Source: Mobula birostris
Lineage: Eukaryota
Direction of reading: 5' to 3'
DNA length: 64,000 nucleotides
NCBI RefSeq assembly: GCF_030028105.1
Contig: NC_092382.1
Coordinates: forward strand, 85,770,198-85,834,197
Shown piece by piece: positions 23,565-35,650 of this stretch (position 1 is the first letter of the stretch; the number at the start of each line of letters is the position of its first letter). A model generated the notes under the pieces. It searched no databases. It was not told the origin of the DNA and saw only the letters and a list, made by a program, of their open reading frames with translations. Both the position numbers and the translations under genes were made by a program.

Positions 23565-25170
23565 TCAGATGTTGTTCAGACCTCAGATAGAGTCAGCAAT
23601 CAAATGTTTGAGCATGGTGCGATGAATGTGCTGAGCTGTGTATATCACAATGCAAGAAGCATCGTAAGAAAGCTAGATGAGCTCAGGACAGGGAATTATG
23701 ATATTGTAGCCATTATTGGAACTTGATTGCACCCAACAATCTGAGGGATGTAGAGGAACATGTTTGTAGAGAGATCGCAGACCATGCCAAGAAACAAAGA
23801 TTAATTCAGAAAGTGATTTTAACTTTCCATATATTGACTGAGCCTCCCATTCTGTAAAAGGACTAGATGGGGTAGAGTTTGTCAAGTGTGCCCTTAATCA
23901 ATACGTAGAATTCCTGACGTAGAAGTGTGCAATAAGCTATTAGGGAATGATCCAGGGCTGGTGACAGAAATTAGCGATAATAATGTCATGAAATTTAAAG
24001 TAAATAAGGAAAAAGAGAAGTCTGGTCCATGGGGTGAGATTCTAAATCGGAGAAAGGTCAATTTTGATGGTATCAGATTGTTTTGGACAGGCTGTTTTCT
24101 GCAAAGAAGCACTTGGTAAGTGGGAGGCCTTCACCAGGGAAATTTTGAATGTGTAGAGATTGTATGTGCCTGCCAAAATAAAAGTTGAAAGGTGACTGGT
24201 GCAGGGGACCTTGGTTTTCAAGAGATAATGAGGCCTGGGACATTTCTTTCCCAATGCCTCAGACTTTTGGGTACCCAGACTCATTAATGACTACAATATC
24301 ATAATTCCACGCCCTGAGCTCATATGACTTTTTTTTTAGTCATCTTCTATTAGCTTCTAAAAAATTCCCAATAGTTTTTGCTCTTTTGTTTCCCCTCTCT
24401 TTGGCTTTTATGTTGATGTTGGCTTCTCATTTCAGCCACGGTTGTGTCCTCCTGCCTTTCCAATGCTTCCACTTCTTTGGGATGTATCTATCACTCAGCT
24501 CCAGAATTGCTCCCAGAAACTCCAGCCACTGCTGCTCCTTTGTCACTCCGACCGTATCCCTTCCAAACAAGTTTGACCAGCTTCTCTGTCATAGAAACAT
24601 GGAGTAGTTCAGTACGGAAACAGCCTATTTGGCCCATCTAGTCAATGCCGAAAAACATTTAAGCTGTCTAATGCAACCACCTGCACCTGGACCATTGCCC
24701 TCCATACCCCTACCATCCAGGATCCCATCCAAACTTCTTCTAAATGGTGAAACCGAGCTCATATTCAACTCTTGTGCTGTCATCTCATTCCACACTCTCA
24801 CGACAATTTCAGTAAAGAGCTTTGCCAAATGTTCCCGTTAAATTTTCCCCTTCCCCACTTACGCATGACTTCTGGTTGTCATCCCACCCAAACTCAGTGG
24901 AAAAAGCTGCTTGCATTTACCCTATCTATACCCTCATAATTTTGTAGACTTCTAACAAATCCTCAAAATAATGTGTAATTTCCTTTTTTAGGTGTATAAG
25001 ATGATGAGGGGCATTGATCGTGTGGATAGCAAGAGGTTTTTTTCCCAGGGCTGAAATGGCTAACATGAGGGGGCATAGTTTTAAGGTGTTTGGAAATAGA
25101 TACCGAGGGGATGTCAGGGGTAAGTTTTTTACCCAGAGAGTGGTGGGTACATGCAATACACTGCCGGCTA
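23565..25170. mobile_element. Degraded CR1 fragments in the ZNF-B intron
   Basis: CR1 ORF2 and 3'-end peptides (FFTQRVVG, VRVWNEM). Inverted paralogue of 54330-56700. Confidence 0.7.
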
Positions 25171-25505
25171 TTTGTGTGTGTGTGTTTCAGTTACTGTGGG
25201 GCCAGGCACCCATGCAGCTCAGTGGGAACAGGGAATAATACCAATGGAGAGAGTCAAACTGAGCCAGGTCACAGATTGGAGATGGCAGAAATACCCCATT
25301 CCTAATGAGACAGGGAGACTATCAGAGAATTTGATGCTCATTCCAGATACCAGCACTGTGCCCAGTTAGAAGATGATTTCTCTCTCCAACTTGGGTTGAA
25401 CTTCACTGTAACAGTGTGATGTCAGATCACGCCTTAGCAACTGAAGTGATCTCATCTGAAATGTTGTTCTTCACCCATTGATGGATTTTGTAAATCTTTT
25501 CATAG

Positions 25506-25913
25506 GTTAAAAATGGCAAGGAATTTGTCTACGGGAATCTTGAGAACAACACGCCAGTTTTGCTGTCTCAGCCCAGATATTTAAGAAGTGGAGCAAGGGA
25601 TTCATTCAATCATCCTTCCTGCTCAGACTGTGGGGAGGGATTCACTCGATCATCTGACGGACTGGCACGCCCGTCATTTTACACATGGGGAGAGGCCGTT
25701 CATCTACTCAGACAGCAGGAATGGATTCACTCAGTCATCTCAACTGAAGGTACGTCAGCAAGTTCACACTGGATAAGGCCATTCCTCTGTTCTGTGTGTG
25801 AGAAGGGATTCAGTTGGTCATCCCGCCCATGGACACACCAGTCAGTTCACACTGGACAAAGGCTGGTCATCTGCTGAATTTGTGGGGAAGGATTCACTCG
25901 GTCATCCACCCTA
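25506..25913 (+). other. 5' part of the ZNF-B terminal exon with fossil fingers (probably 5' UTR)
   Basis: Acceptor cttttcatag|g at 25505. Three decayed fingers, frameshifts, and in-frame TGA at 25875-25877. Confidence 0.65.
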
Positions 25914-26717
25914 ATGGCTCACCAGCGAGTTCACACCGGGGAGCGGCCTTTCACCTGTTCAGACTGTGGTAAAGGATTCACTCGGTCATCCACCCTAATG
26001 GCACACCAGCGAGTTCACACCGGGGAGCGGCCGTTCATCTGTTCAGACTGTGGGAAAGGATTCACTCGGTCATCTGACCTAATGGCACACCAGCGAGTTC
26101 ACACCGGAGAGCGGCCGTTCACCTGCTCAGACTGTGGGAAGGGATTCACTCAGTCATCTACACTGAAGGAACATCAGCGAGTTCACACTGGAGAGAGGCC
26201 GTTCACTTGTTCAGACTGTGGGAAGGGATTCACTAGGTCATCTAAACTGAAGGTACATCAGAGACTTCACACCGGAGAGAGGCCATTCACCTGCTCAGAC
26301 TGCGGGAAGGGATTCACTCAGTCATCCGACGTACTGGTACACCAGTCAGTTCACACTGAGGAGAGGCCGTTCACCTGCTCAGACTGTGGGAAGGGATTCA
26401 CTCGGTCATCCGAACTACTGGTACACCAGTCAGTTCACTCTGGGGAGAAGCCATTCAACTGCTCAGTCTGTGGGAAGAGATTCAGTCGGTCATCCACTCT
26501 TCAGAGACACCAGCGAGTTCACACTGGGGAGAAGCCATTCAACTGCTCAGCCTGTGGGAAGAGATTCACTCAGTCATCCCATCTACTGAGTCATCAGCGA
26601 GTTCACACTGGGGAGAAACCGTTCACCTGCTCAGAATGTGGGAAGGGGTTCACTCGGTCATCCCAACTACTGGCACACCAGTCAGTTCATACGGGAGCAG
26701 CCGTTCACCTGCTGTGA
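25914..26717 (+). CDS. C2H2 zinc-finger protein ZNF-B (9 intact fingers, no effector domain)
   Basis: 267-aa ORF made of C-x2-C-x12-H-x3-H fingers with TGERPF linkers. Confidence 0.9.
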   Translation: MAHQRVHTGERPFTCSDCGKGFTRSSTLMAHQRVHTGERPFICSDCGKGFTRSSDLMAHQRVHTGERPFTCSDCGKGFTQSSTLKEHQRVHTGERPFTCSDCGKGFTRSSKLKVHQRLHTGERPFTCSDCGKGFTQSSDVLVHQSVHTEERPFTCSDCGKGFTRSSELLVHQSVHSGEKPFNCSVCGKRFSRSSTLQRHQRVHTGEKPFNCSACGKRFTQSSHLLSHQRVHTGEKPFTCSECGKGFTRSSQLLAHQSVHTGAAVHLL

Positions 26718-27156
26718 ATGTGGGAAAGGATTCATGTGGTCATCTCATCTGCAGAGACACCAGTGAGTTTACACCGGGACGAGGCCGTTCAGCTGTTCAG
26801 ACATTGGGAAGAGTTTCTCTCAGCCTTCTCAATCAAACGTGCATCATTGAGTTCACACTGGGAGAGACGGTTCACCTGCTGTGAATGTGGGAAGGGATTC
26901 CCTCAGTAATCTAACCTTGTGACACACTACCGGGTTCACACTGGGGAGAAAGTTTCAATAAGCTGCATGCTGGATATTTATCCATCACCGTTGCTGAATG
27001 CAATTTCGAGAGTGACTGTCGGTGCTGAACTCTGCAATTATTGCTGCTGCTCACCACACCCAGTTCTGCACCCTGGTCACTGGACATGGGAGGAGTTTCT
27101 TCTGCTGCACATTCACCTTTAATGGGACTGGAGTTTAATATTCTGGATCTGAGACA

Positions 27157-27162
27157 AATAAA
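27157..27162 (+). promoter_or_regulatory. Putative poly(A) signal of ZNF-B
   Basis: AATAAA downstream of the decayed 3' fingers, conserved at 49621-49626 in ZNF-C. Confidence 0.55.
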
Positions 27163-27534
27163 TCAGTTCTATTTTGAACTCTGTCTCCGGTACTTAGTGA
27201 ATTTATAACACACCTAGTGTACAGTAGACAGTCAACTCAGGCCGGCTGGACCCTACCAGTGATTCTGTTCCATGACAGTCCTTTTGAATTCTCCCCTGTT
27301 GTTCACCTCTCGCTCTGCCTGTGGTGATGGGTTCCAAATAGTCTCCACTCTGTGGGTGAAGAGGTTTCCCTTGAATTCTCTGCAGACTGAAGAAGTCAAG
27401 TTGACTGCAATTCTATCTGACATGCCCTTCTCCCCTGAAATCTCTGGGCTGAGGAAGAATGACATTGGTAGTTAACCTCCTCATTCATGGCTGATTTCCA
27501 CATTATGGGTCATGTTCCCTGCTTCTGAAGAGTT

Positions 27535-28545
27535 AACATAGAAGCATAGAAAACCTACAGCAGAATAGAGTCCCTTCAGCCCACAAAGTTGTGCTGAACA
27601 TGTCCCTACCTCAGAAATTACTCGGGTTATCTATAGCCCTCTATTTTTTCTGAGCTCCATGTACCGATCCAAAAGTCTCTTAAGTTATCCTGCCCCACTG
27701 TTGACGGCAGCCAATTCCACTCGCTCACCACTCTCTGTGGAAAACACTTACCCCTGACATCTCTGCTGCACCTTCTCCCCAGCACCTTAAACCTGTGCCC
27801 TGTTGTGGCAGCCATTTCAGCCCTGGGAAAAAGCCTCTGACTATCCACACGATCAATGCCTCTCATCATCTTATACACCTCTATCAGGTCACCTCTCATC
27901 CTCCGTCTCTCCAAGGAGAAAAGGCCAAGTTCACTCAACCTGTTTTCATAGGCATGCTCCCCAATCCAGGCAACATCCTTGTAAATCTCCTCTGCACTCT
28001 TTCTATGGTTTCCACACCCTTCCTGTAGTGAGGCGACCAGAACTGAGCACAGTACTCCAAGTGGGTTCTGAATAGGGTCCTATATATCTGCAACATTCCC
28101 TCCCGGCTCGTAACTTCAATTCCACAATTGATGATGGTCAATACACCGTACACCTTCTTAACCACAGGGTCAACCTGCGCAGCTGCTTTGAGTGTTCTAT
28201 CGACTCAGACCCCAAGATTCCTCTGATCCTCCACACTGCCAGGAGTCTTAAATTAATGCTACATTCTGCCATCATATTTGACCTACCAAAAGGAACCACT
28301 TCACATTTATCTGGGTTGAACTCCATCTGCCACTTCTCAGCCCAGTTTTGCATCCTATCAATGTCCTGCTGTAACCTCTGACAGCCGTCCACACTATCCA
28401 CAACACCCCCAACCTTTGTGTCATCAGCAAACTTACTAACCCATCCCTCTACTTCCTCATCTAGGAAATTTATAAAAAAAGTCACTAAGAGTAAGGGTCC
28501 CAGAACAGATCCCTGTGGCCCACCACTGGTCACCAGCCTCCTGGT
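27535..28545 (-). mobile_element. CR1 LINE RT and 3' end
   Basis: PQGSVLGPLL, FADD, LEYCAQFWSP, RGDLIEVYK, and tail. Confidence 0.88.
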
Positions 28546-29865
28546 TGTGCCTAGCTGGGAATCAGCTATTTTGGATTTGGTGTTGTGCAATGAACCGATT
28601 TAGAGCACTTAAGGTAAAAGAACTCTGAGGGGCAAGCGATCTTAATGTAATTGAATTCACCCTGAAATTTGAGATGGAGAAGCTAAAGTGAGACGTATCA
28701 GTATAACCATGGAATAAGGACAGCTGCAGAGGCATGAGAAAGGAACTGGTCAAATTTGATAGGGGAAAAAAACACTGGCAGGGATGATGGCTAAGCATCA
28801 GTGGCTGTAATTACGGGAAGCAATTCGGAAGACACGGGATATATACATTCTGAAAAGGAAGAACTATTCTAAAGACAACATCACACAACCTCAGCGAATG
28901 AGAAGGCAAAGCCAACATAAAAGCCAAAGAGAGGGTAGATCACAGAGCAAAAATTGATGGGAAGTTAGATGATTGGGAAACTTTTCTGAACAAACAAGAG
29001 GCAATTAAAAAAGTAATTAAGAAAGAAAAGATGGAATATGAAGCTAGCTAATTACATTAAAGATGATACCAAATGTTTCTTCAGATACATAAAGTGTAAA
29101 AGAGAGGCAAGAGTGATATTGGACCAGAGGAAAACGATGTCTGGTGAGAGTGGGGTGGGTAGTAATGGCGAACAAGGAGATGGCAGGTGAACTGATTTAG
29201 TATTTTGTTTCAGTCTTCATTCTGGAAGCAACCAACGGGAAGGTGGAAGTCCAGATGTCAGTGTCAGAAGTGTGTGAAGTTGCTGATACTCGAGAGAAAT
29301 TTCCTGTGAAACAGAAAGGTCTGAAGGTAAATAGATCACCTGGACCAGATGGTGTAAATCCCAGAGTTCTGGAAGAGGTGGCCGAAGAGATTGTGGAGGT
29401 ATTAGTAATGATGTTTCAAGAATCAATAAAGTCTGATATGGTTGCAGAAGACTCCAAATTTGGAAATATCACTCTGCTATTCAAGAAGGGAGAGAGATAG
29501 AAGAACGTAAGTTTTAGGATAGTTAGTCTGACCTCATTGGTTGGGTAGGTATTAGTGTCGGTTGTTCGGGATGTGTTCTCAGGGCACTTTGAGGCACATA
29601 ATAAAATCGGCCTTCAGCATGTTTGCCTCCAGGGAAAATCTTGCCTGAACAGTGTGTTGAAATTCTTTGAATTTATTGAAGTGGTAATAGCAAGATAGTC
29701 AAAGGAGAATCGGTTGATGATGTCCACCTGCACTTTCAGAGGGTGTTTCACAAGGTGCCACACATGAGGCTGGTTAACAAGTTATGAGCCCATGATATTA
29801 CAGGTGTTCCAAACTTCATGGGTATCTTGTGACTGTCTTATGACCATGATGATACAATGATACAA

Positions 29866-30768
29866 AGATTGGAGGTGTAGTAGACAGTGAGGAAGGTTTT
29901 CAGAGCCTGCAGAGGGACTTGGACCAGCTGGGAAAATGGGCTGAAAAATGGCAGATGGAGTTTAATACAGACAAGTGTGAGGTATTGCACGTTGGAAGGA
30001 CAAACCAACGTAGAACATACAAGGTAAATGGTAGGGCACTGAGGAGTGCAGTAGAACAGAGGGATCTGGGAATACAGATACAAAATTCCCTAAAAGTGGC
30101 GTCACAAGTAGATAGGGTCGTAAAGAGAGCTTTTGGTACATTGGCCTTTATTAATCAAAGTATTGAGTATAAGAGCTGGAATGTTATGATGAGGTTGTAT
30201 AAGGCATTGGTGAGGCTGAATCTGAAGTATTGTGTTCAGTTTTGGTCACCAAATTACAGGAAGGATATAAGTAAGGTTGAAAGAGTGCAGAGAAGGTCTA
30301 CAAGCATGTTGTCAGGACTTGAGAAACTCAGTTACAGAGAAAGGTTGAATAGGTTAGGACTTTATTCCCTGGAGCGTAGAAGAATGAGGGGAGATTTGAA
30401 AAAGGTATATAAAATTATGATGGGTATAGATAGAGTGAATGCAAGCAGGCTTTTTCCACTGAGGCAAGGGGAGAGAAAAAAACAGAGGACATGGGTTAAG
30501 GGTGAGGGGGGGAAAGATTAAAGGGAACATTAGGGGGGGATTCTTCACACAGAGAGTGGTGGGAGTATGGAATGAGCTGCCAGATGAGGTGGTAAATGCG
30601 GGTTCTTTTTTAACATTTAAGAATAAATTGGACAGATACATGGATGGGAGGTGTATGGAGGGATATGGTCCATGTGCAGGTCAGTGGGACTAGGCAGAAA
30701 ATGGTTCGGCACAGCCAAGAAGGGCCAAAAGGCCTGTTTCTGTGATGTAGTTTCTATGGTTTCTATGA
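29866..30768 (+). mobile_element. Younger 5'-truncated CR1 LINE
   Basis: 200-aa RT C-terminal ORF (29919-30521) and (TTTCTATG)n tail. Confidence 0.9.
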
Positions 30769-31583
30769 TGTAATTAAGTATGTGATGAGCATGATGTAAT
30801 CGTCTTGTGGAGGTCACATGATGTAATTTTCCCACCGATGTGAGGTCACGTGATGACATGTTCTCACCAGGTATATAAAGGGAGACCTCTGGTGCGATGT
30901 AATTAGTTTTTCCAGTTGAGTTTTAAGTTTAGTTTGTTATTTAATTCGTCAGATATTCTGTTATGCTGCATATTTCTTTAGTTTCCCTCTAAAGTGGAGG
31001 TCTATTTTCTATTGTAAGTAGTATTGCAGAGTGAAGACCTTACTAAAGTACAGGAACTCACAGAGTCAAGTAAAGCTGATGTCGTTCGGCTGTATTGGAG
31101 AGGATCGACATTTATTGAATCTTCGTTCAAGAAATAGTGACCTGCGTCTGACATATCCTCTGCTAAAGCAGGAAGGATTGTGGAGTATCTATTTTCCAAA
31201 GGAAAAGATCAGTTCCTTTAAACCGTTTTATTTCCGTCGTTGTGAATCCTGCGGACAAGGGAGGGTTCGGCTGGGATCAGCAGCAATGTCACGTCTTCGA
31301 GGAATTCATTACTTTAGGAAAGTCTCTCCTAATTGGCTGTATAAATGTCTTGGACTTTCGAATTTACCATTCGAAGAACTGTGTTCGGATTTACCACTTT
31401 AAGAACAGTTTTCACATTTACCATTTTAAGAACTGTTTCAGAGTTGCCATAGAGCAGTTAACTTCCGGTTAGGTTAGTCATTTAAATACATTTCGCTACT
31501 TTTGAGCAGAGTTTAATAAAATGTTTGTTTGTTTTTATAAAACCTGACTCAATTCTGTAGTCATTGTTATCGGTCACTTGACA
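30769..31583 (+). mobile_element. Solo LTR (~815 bp) with TATA box and poly(A) signal
   Basis: TG...CA ends, TATATAAA at about 30872, AATAAA at about 31515. Inverted copy at 45201-46014. Confidence 0.75.
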
Positions 31584-32038
31584 TCGGAAAGATTATTGCA
31601 TGGATAAAACAGTGGCTGATTGGCAGATGCAAAGGATAGTAATAACGGGGATGTTTTCTGGTTGGCTGCCGGTGACTAGTGATGTTCCACAGGACATGGA
31701 TGACAAAATTAATAGCTTTATTGCAAAGTTTGCCGATCATATCAAGAGAGCTGAAGGGCCAGGTAGTTTTGAGGAAGCAGAAAGGCTAGAAAAGGACTTT
31801 GGCGCTTAGAGGAATGGGCGTAAATGAAGCAGATGGAATACCATGTCCCGAAGTGTATAGCCATGCACATTGGGGAACGAAATACCGAATACACTATTTT
31901 CCAAATAGTCTAAATTTGGGAGCACTTGTGCAGGATTCCTTCAACGATAATTTGTAGTTTAAGTCGGTGGTGAGGAAGACACCGAGTCCTAGCCCAGACC
32001 CTGAGTCCCAGCCTAGTCCAGGGCCTGAGTCCTTGTGT

Positions 32039-33508
32039 TGTCATGGTCCGGTCCGTGAAGTCCGCATTCCGGTTCACGGTCTGGTCTGTGGACCCAGGAC
32101 TCTGGGTCTTCTAGCTGTCCCTCATTTGGTTGAGTTAATCATAGGCACCTGATTCCCATCTTTAGGCTTGGAAAATAAGTAGCCTTGGGGTTGAGTGTGG
32201 TCTGCTGGTTTGTCTCGTTAGTCCCCTTTGGAGCAACCTGCTGATGGAAGGCTAGTGAAACCATCCGTGATCTCTAGGCCTGGTTGGAGGACCAACGCTT
32301 CATTGAGCGTTGTTGCCACTCGTCAGAGCAGTCATCGTGGTATGGAGTTGGCCGTTTCTGTAGCCAGCCAAGGTTGCTGACTGCCACGAGACTCAGAGAC
32401 ACCCCCGGATTGAGCTGCTTTCCTGTCCTTGCCTCTGTTGGGTAAGCCAGGCTGTAATTGCCGTTACCCTGCGGTTGGTTCTGTCCCTTCCTGTACCTTG
32501 TCTCCGTCAGGTAAGCAGGCCATTTGCCGTTACCCTGCGGTTGGTTCTGTCCCTTCCTGTACCTTGTCTCCATCGGGTAAGCAGGCCGTTTGCCATTACC
32601 CTGCGGTTGGGTCGGTCCCTTCCTGTCCTTGCCTCCGTGGGGGGAAGTTCTGCGTCCTGCCCAGGAGAAACTCCAAGAACACAAGCCTCGAAGATCACAA
32701 CCCAAGATTCAAGAACACAAGCCTCGAAGACCTAAGACCCCAGCCTGCATCCAAGCTCAGGATCCAGGATCCCAGCCTGCAGCCAAGCCCAAGGCCCAGG
32801 ACCCCAGCCTGCAGCCACGCCCGAGGCCCAGGACCCCAGCCTGCAGCCACGCCCGAGGCCCAGGACCCCAGCCTGCAGCCACGCCCGAGGCCCAGGACCC
32901 CAGCCTGCAGCCACGCCCGAGGCCCAGGACCCCAGCCAGCAGCCACGCCCGAGGCCCAGGACCCCAGCCTGCAGCCACGCCCGAGGCCCAGGACCCCAGT
33001 CTGCAGCCACTTCCGAAGCCCAGGACCCCAGCCTGCAGCCACGCTCGAGGCCCAGGACCCCAGCCTGCAGCCACGCCCGAGGCCCAGGACCCCAGCCTGC
33101 AGCCACGCCCGAGGCCCAGGACCCCAGCCTGCAGCCACGCTCAAGGCCCAGGACGCTAGCTTCAAGCCTCAAGAGCAAAGACCCCAGCCTGTCTCCAGGC
33201 TCAGGCCTCTAGACCCCAGCCTCGTCCTGCTCTGAAGCCATGTCATGTCCTTGCCTGGTTCTGGAGTCCGAGCCCGAGGCAAGACCCAGGTTCTGGGTCT
33301 TTGTCCAGTCTCGGGCTCGGAGTCGAAGCCTTGTCTCCTAGTCCATGGTTTCTAGTATTGGTCCCGCTTTCCGAAGCCCAAGTCTGCATTCTTGTCCTTG
33401 CTTCTTGCCTGTATCCTGTCACGTCCTTACTCTAATCAAGTCCTGTTCCTTGTACTTCAGTGTCTGTGTCTTCCATTTGGGTCCGTTCCCAACGCCCCCG
33501 TTGTGACA
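32039..33508 (+). mobile_element. Solo LTR nested in a related LTR fragment (31976-33636)
   Basis: TGTCATGG...TGTGACA termini, flanks tgtgt/tgtgc. Shares sequence with 18250, 38901 and 43295. Confidence 0.8.
32737..33152 (+). repeat. 32-bp GC-rich minisatellite (~13 units)
   Basis: Unit ggaccccagcctgcagccacgcccgaggccca, period 32 (for example 32831 and 32863). Confidence 0.95.
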
Positions 33509-33719
33509 TGTGCAGTACGCTTATTCCCGCTTCCGTTTTGCTCTTCCTATAATGAATAATAAAATCAATTTAGTTAATCCTACAAAACGTGTTTGTGACC
33601 TGTATTTGGGTCCACCCCAGTGCCCCCATTATGACAGAAGGTTGGTAAGTTTTCCGGACAGATGGTGTACATTCAAGGGTTTAGAAACAATTAGCTGAAG
33701 AGTTTGTGCAGACATTCGG

Positions 33720-34620
33720 GTCATAGAGCAGTACAGCACAGAATAATGCCATACGGCCAGTCTAATCTGTGCCAACCCATCAATCTGCCTCATTCCAGCA
33801 ACCTCCAACGTGACCATATTCCCCATACCCCTCTCATCCATGAACCCATCCAAACTTCTCTTAAATGTTGAAATCCAACCGGCCACTTGCTCTGGCAGCC
33901 CATTCCACAATATCACCACCTCTGAGCGAAGAAGCTCCCCCTCATTTTCCTCTTAAAGAATGAGCCATGATATTTGAAGAATCACTAGATTTGGGAATGG
34001 TTATGGCGGACTAGAAAGTTGCAAATGCCACTCCATTCTTTAAGAGGGGATGGAAGCATAAGAAATGAAATTACAGGACAGTTAGTCTGACCTCAGTAGT
34101 TGGGAAGATGTTGGAGTCCATTAACGATGAGGTTTCAGGGTACTTGGAGCGGATGATAAAGTACAGCCAAAGTCGGCATGGTTTTCCTCGGGAGAAATAT
34201 TCCCAGATAAATCTGTTGGAATTCTGTGGTGAAATAAGAACAGCGGTGAATGTTGTTTGTTTGGATTTTCAGACAAGGTGCTGCACCTGAGGCTGATTAA
34301 CAAGGCCACAGCTCATGGTATTTGGCGTTTTTGTGCCTGTTCCCGCTGGAGCTTAGAGGGGGAGTTCCCGAATACTGAAAAGCCCAGATAGGGAGGATGT
34401 GGACAGGATGTTTCCCTTAAGGCAGAGCCCAGGACCGGGGGCACACCCCCAGACTACAGGGAAATCAATTCAGAAGGGAGATGAGGAGGAAGTCTTGTGG
34501 TAATATGTTTATTCAACACGGCCGTGTCTGATCTATGCTTCTGTGCCCATTCCCTTCTATCTCCACCTCAAATGTACCCAGACACCCGCCTTCACGCCCT
34601 CGGGGCAGCGAATCTTAAGA
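33720..34620. mobile_element. Degraded CR1 fragments
   Basis: VILWNGLPEQV...FKRSLDGFM (-) and NYRTVSLTSVVGKML...LDFQ (+). Mirrored at about 42170-43080. Confidence 0.7.
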
Positions 34621-34739
34621 AAAACGTACATTCAACTCAGTTAGATAGATAGATAGACACTTCACTGATCCTAAAATAAATTACAAGGAAGATTTAGAAT
34701 TCCAATAATTTCCATATGTCTCAATTTAAAATGAACGGC

Positions 34740-35650
34740 CCTTTCGATCCCTCTTCGTTTCTCTCCTACTGATCGACGGAGATATCTAATAGCCCGTCTC
34801 TTACCCTCGTTTATCTCCCACCATCTCAATCTGTAGTTTCCATCCCCGTTTAACTCCCACTGCCCATCTCTCTTCCCTCCCATATTCCCTCCAACCTCTC
34901 TCCTGCGTCAATCCCTCCAATGCCACTCTCTGCCCCCTCACTTGCTCCCCATTTATTTCTCACCCACGTCCATCTCACTTCCTGCCATTCTCTCCCCTCA
35001 CTGGTTGTCGCCGCCGTCTCTCTCCCCTCTGTTTCTCGCCTCGGACACTTCACTCCCATCTCTCCTCAGTCTGTCCCGCTCACTCTCCCTCAACCAGTCT
35101 CCCTCTTCCCCTTGGTTCTCTCTCCCTCAGTGTCTGCTTCATCCGACTCCGAATGTCAGTGAGTTCCGATGTCCAGACAGAACACCAAGGCTGGTTGCCT
35201 TGTCGACAATTGTGTCTCTGTCACCATCGCACATTGTGACGTGGGACGGGGTGCTATCCTGGTGTGAACACGGGCCGAGATTCAGTGTCAGTCTGTCATG
35301 GTTGGGGGGGGGGAGCGGGTGAGGACGGTGGTGGTTTGTAGACAGAAAGGGGAGAAGAGAAGTGAGAGTGGCAGAAAGTTCAGGTGAGCGGAGTAAGAGA
35401 GGGAGGTGAGGGAGACGGAATGGGTGTAAAAGTGTGAGCGGAGAGGAGGAGAGGAGGAAGGGGAGAGTAAGAGAAGATGGAGGAGAGAAACAGAGAGGAT
35501 GGTGTGCTGAGGAGTGAGAGGATGGTGAATGGTAGGGAGGAAAGGAGTGACAGATAAAGTGAGCGCACTATGGAGAGAGGAGGGAGCAAGATGTTGAGGA
35601 AGCTATGCACACTCAGTGTTGAGGGAGTTCCACTCCCTCTGTCCCACTCA
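34740..35650. repeat. Polypyrimidine tract, ~190-bp unique core, then polypurine tract
   Basis: C/T-rich 34740-35130 and G/A-rich 35340-35600. Mirrored at 41135-42050. Confidence 0.75.

Larger units (their letters stand above)
28546..31975 (+). mobile_element. Old CR1 ORF2, interrupted by a younger CR1 and a solo LTR
   Basis: RSPGPDGVNPRVL up to about 29805. Resumes at about 31590 (WLPVTSDVPQ...KFADH). Confidence 0.7.

Noticed and set aside
25875-25877. Conserved TGA within CxxC as a selenocysteine codon
   Set aside because: It replaces the Ser (TCA) position rather than a Cys. Upstream fingers carry further stops and frameshifts, and I could not see a SECIS.
32737-33152. CRISPR-like array
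   Set aside because: Head-to-tail 32-mers with no unique spacers, eukaryotic context, and no cas genes.
32429-33235. Pro/Ala-rich ORFs in all frames (also 43428-44262 and 18389-18797)
   Set aside because: Produced by stop-poor GC-rich minisatellites inside LTRs.
34850-35610. Leu/Ser/Pro-rich and Gly/Glu/Arg-rich ORFs (also 41129-41935)
   Set aside because: Translations of low-complexity pyrimidine and purine tracts.
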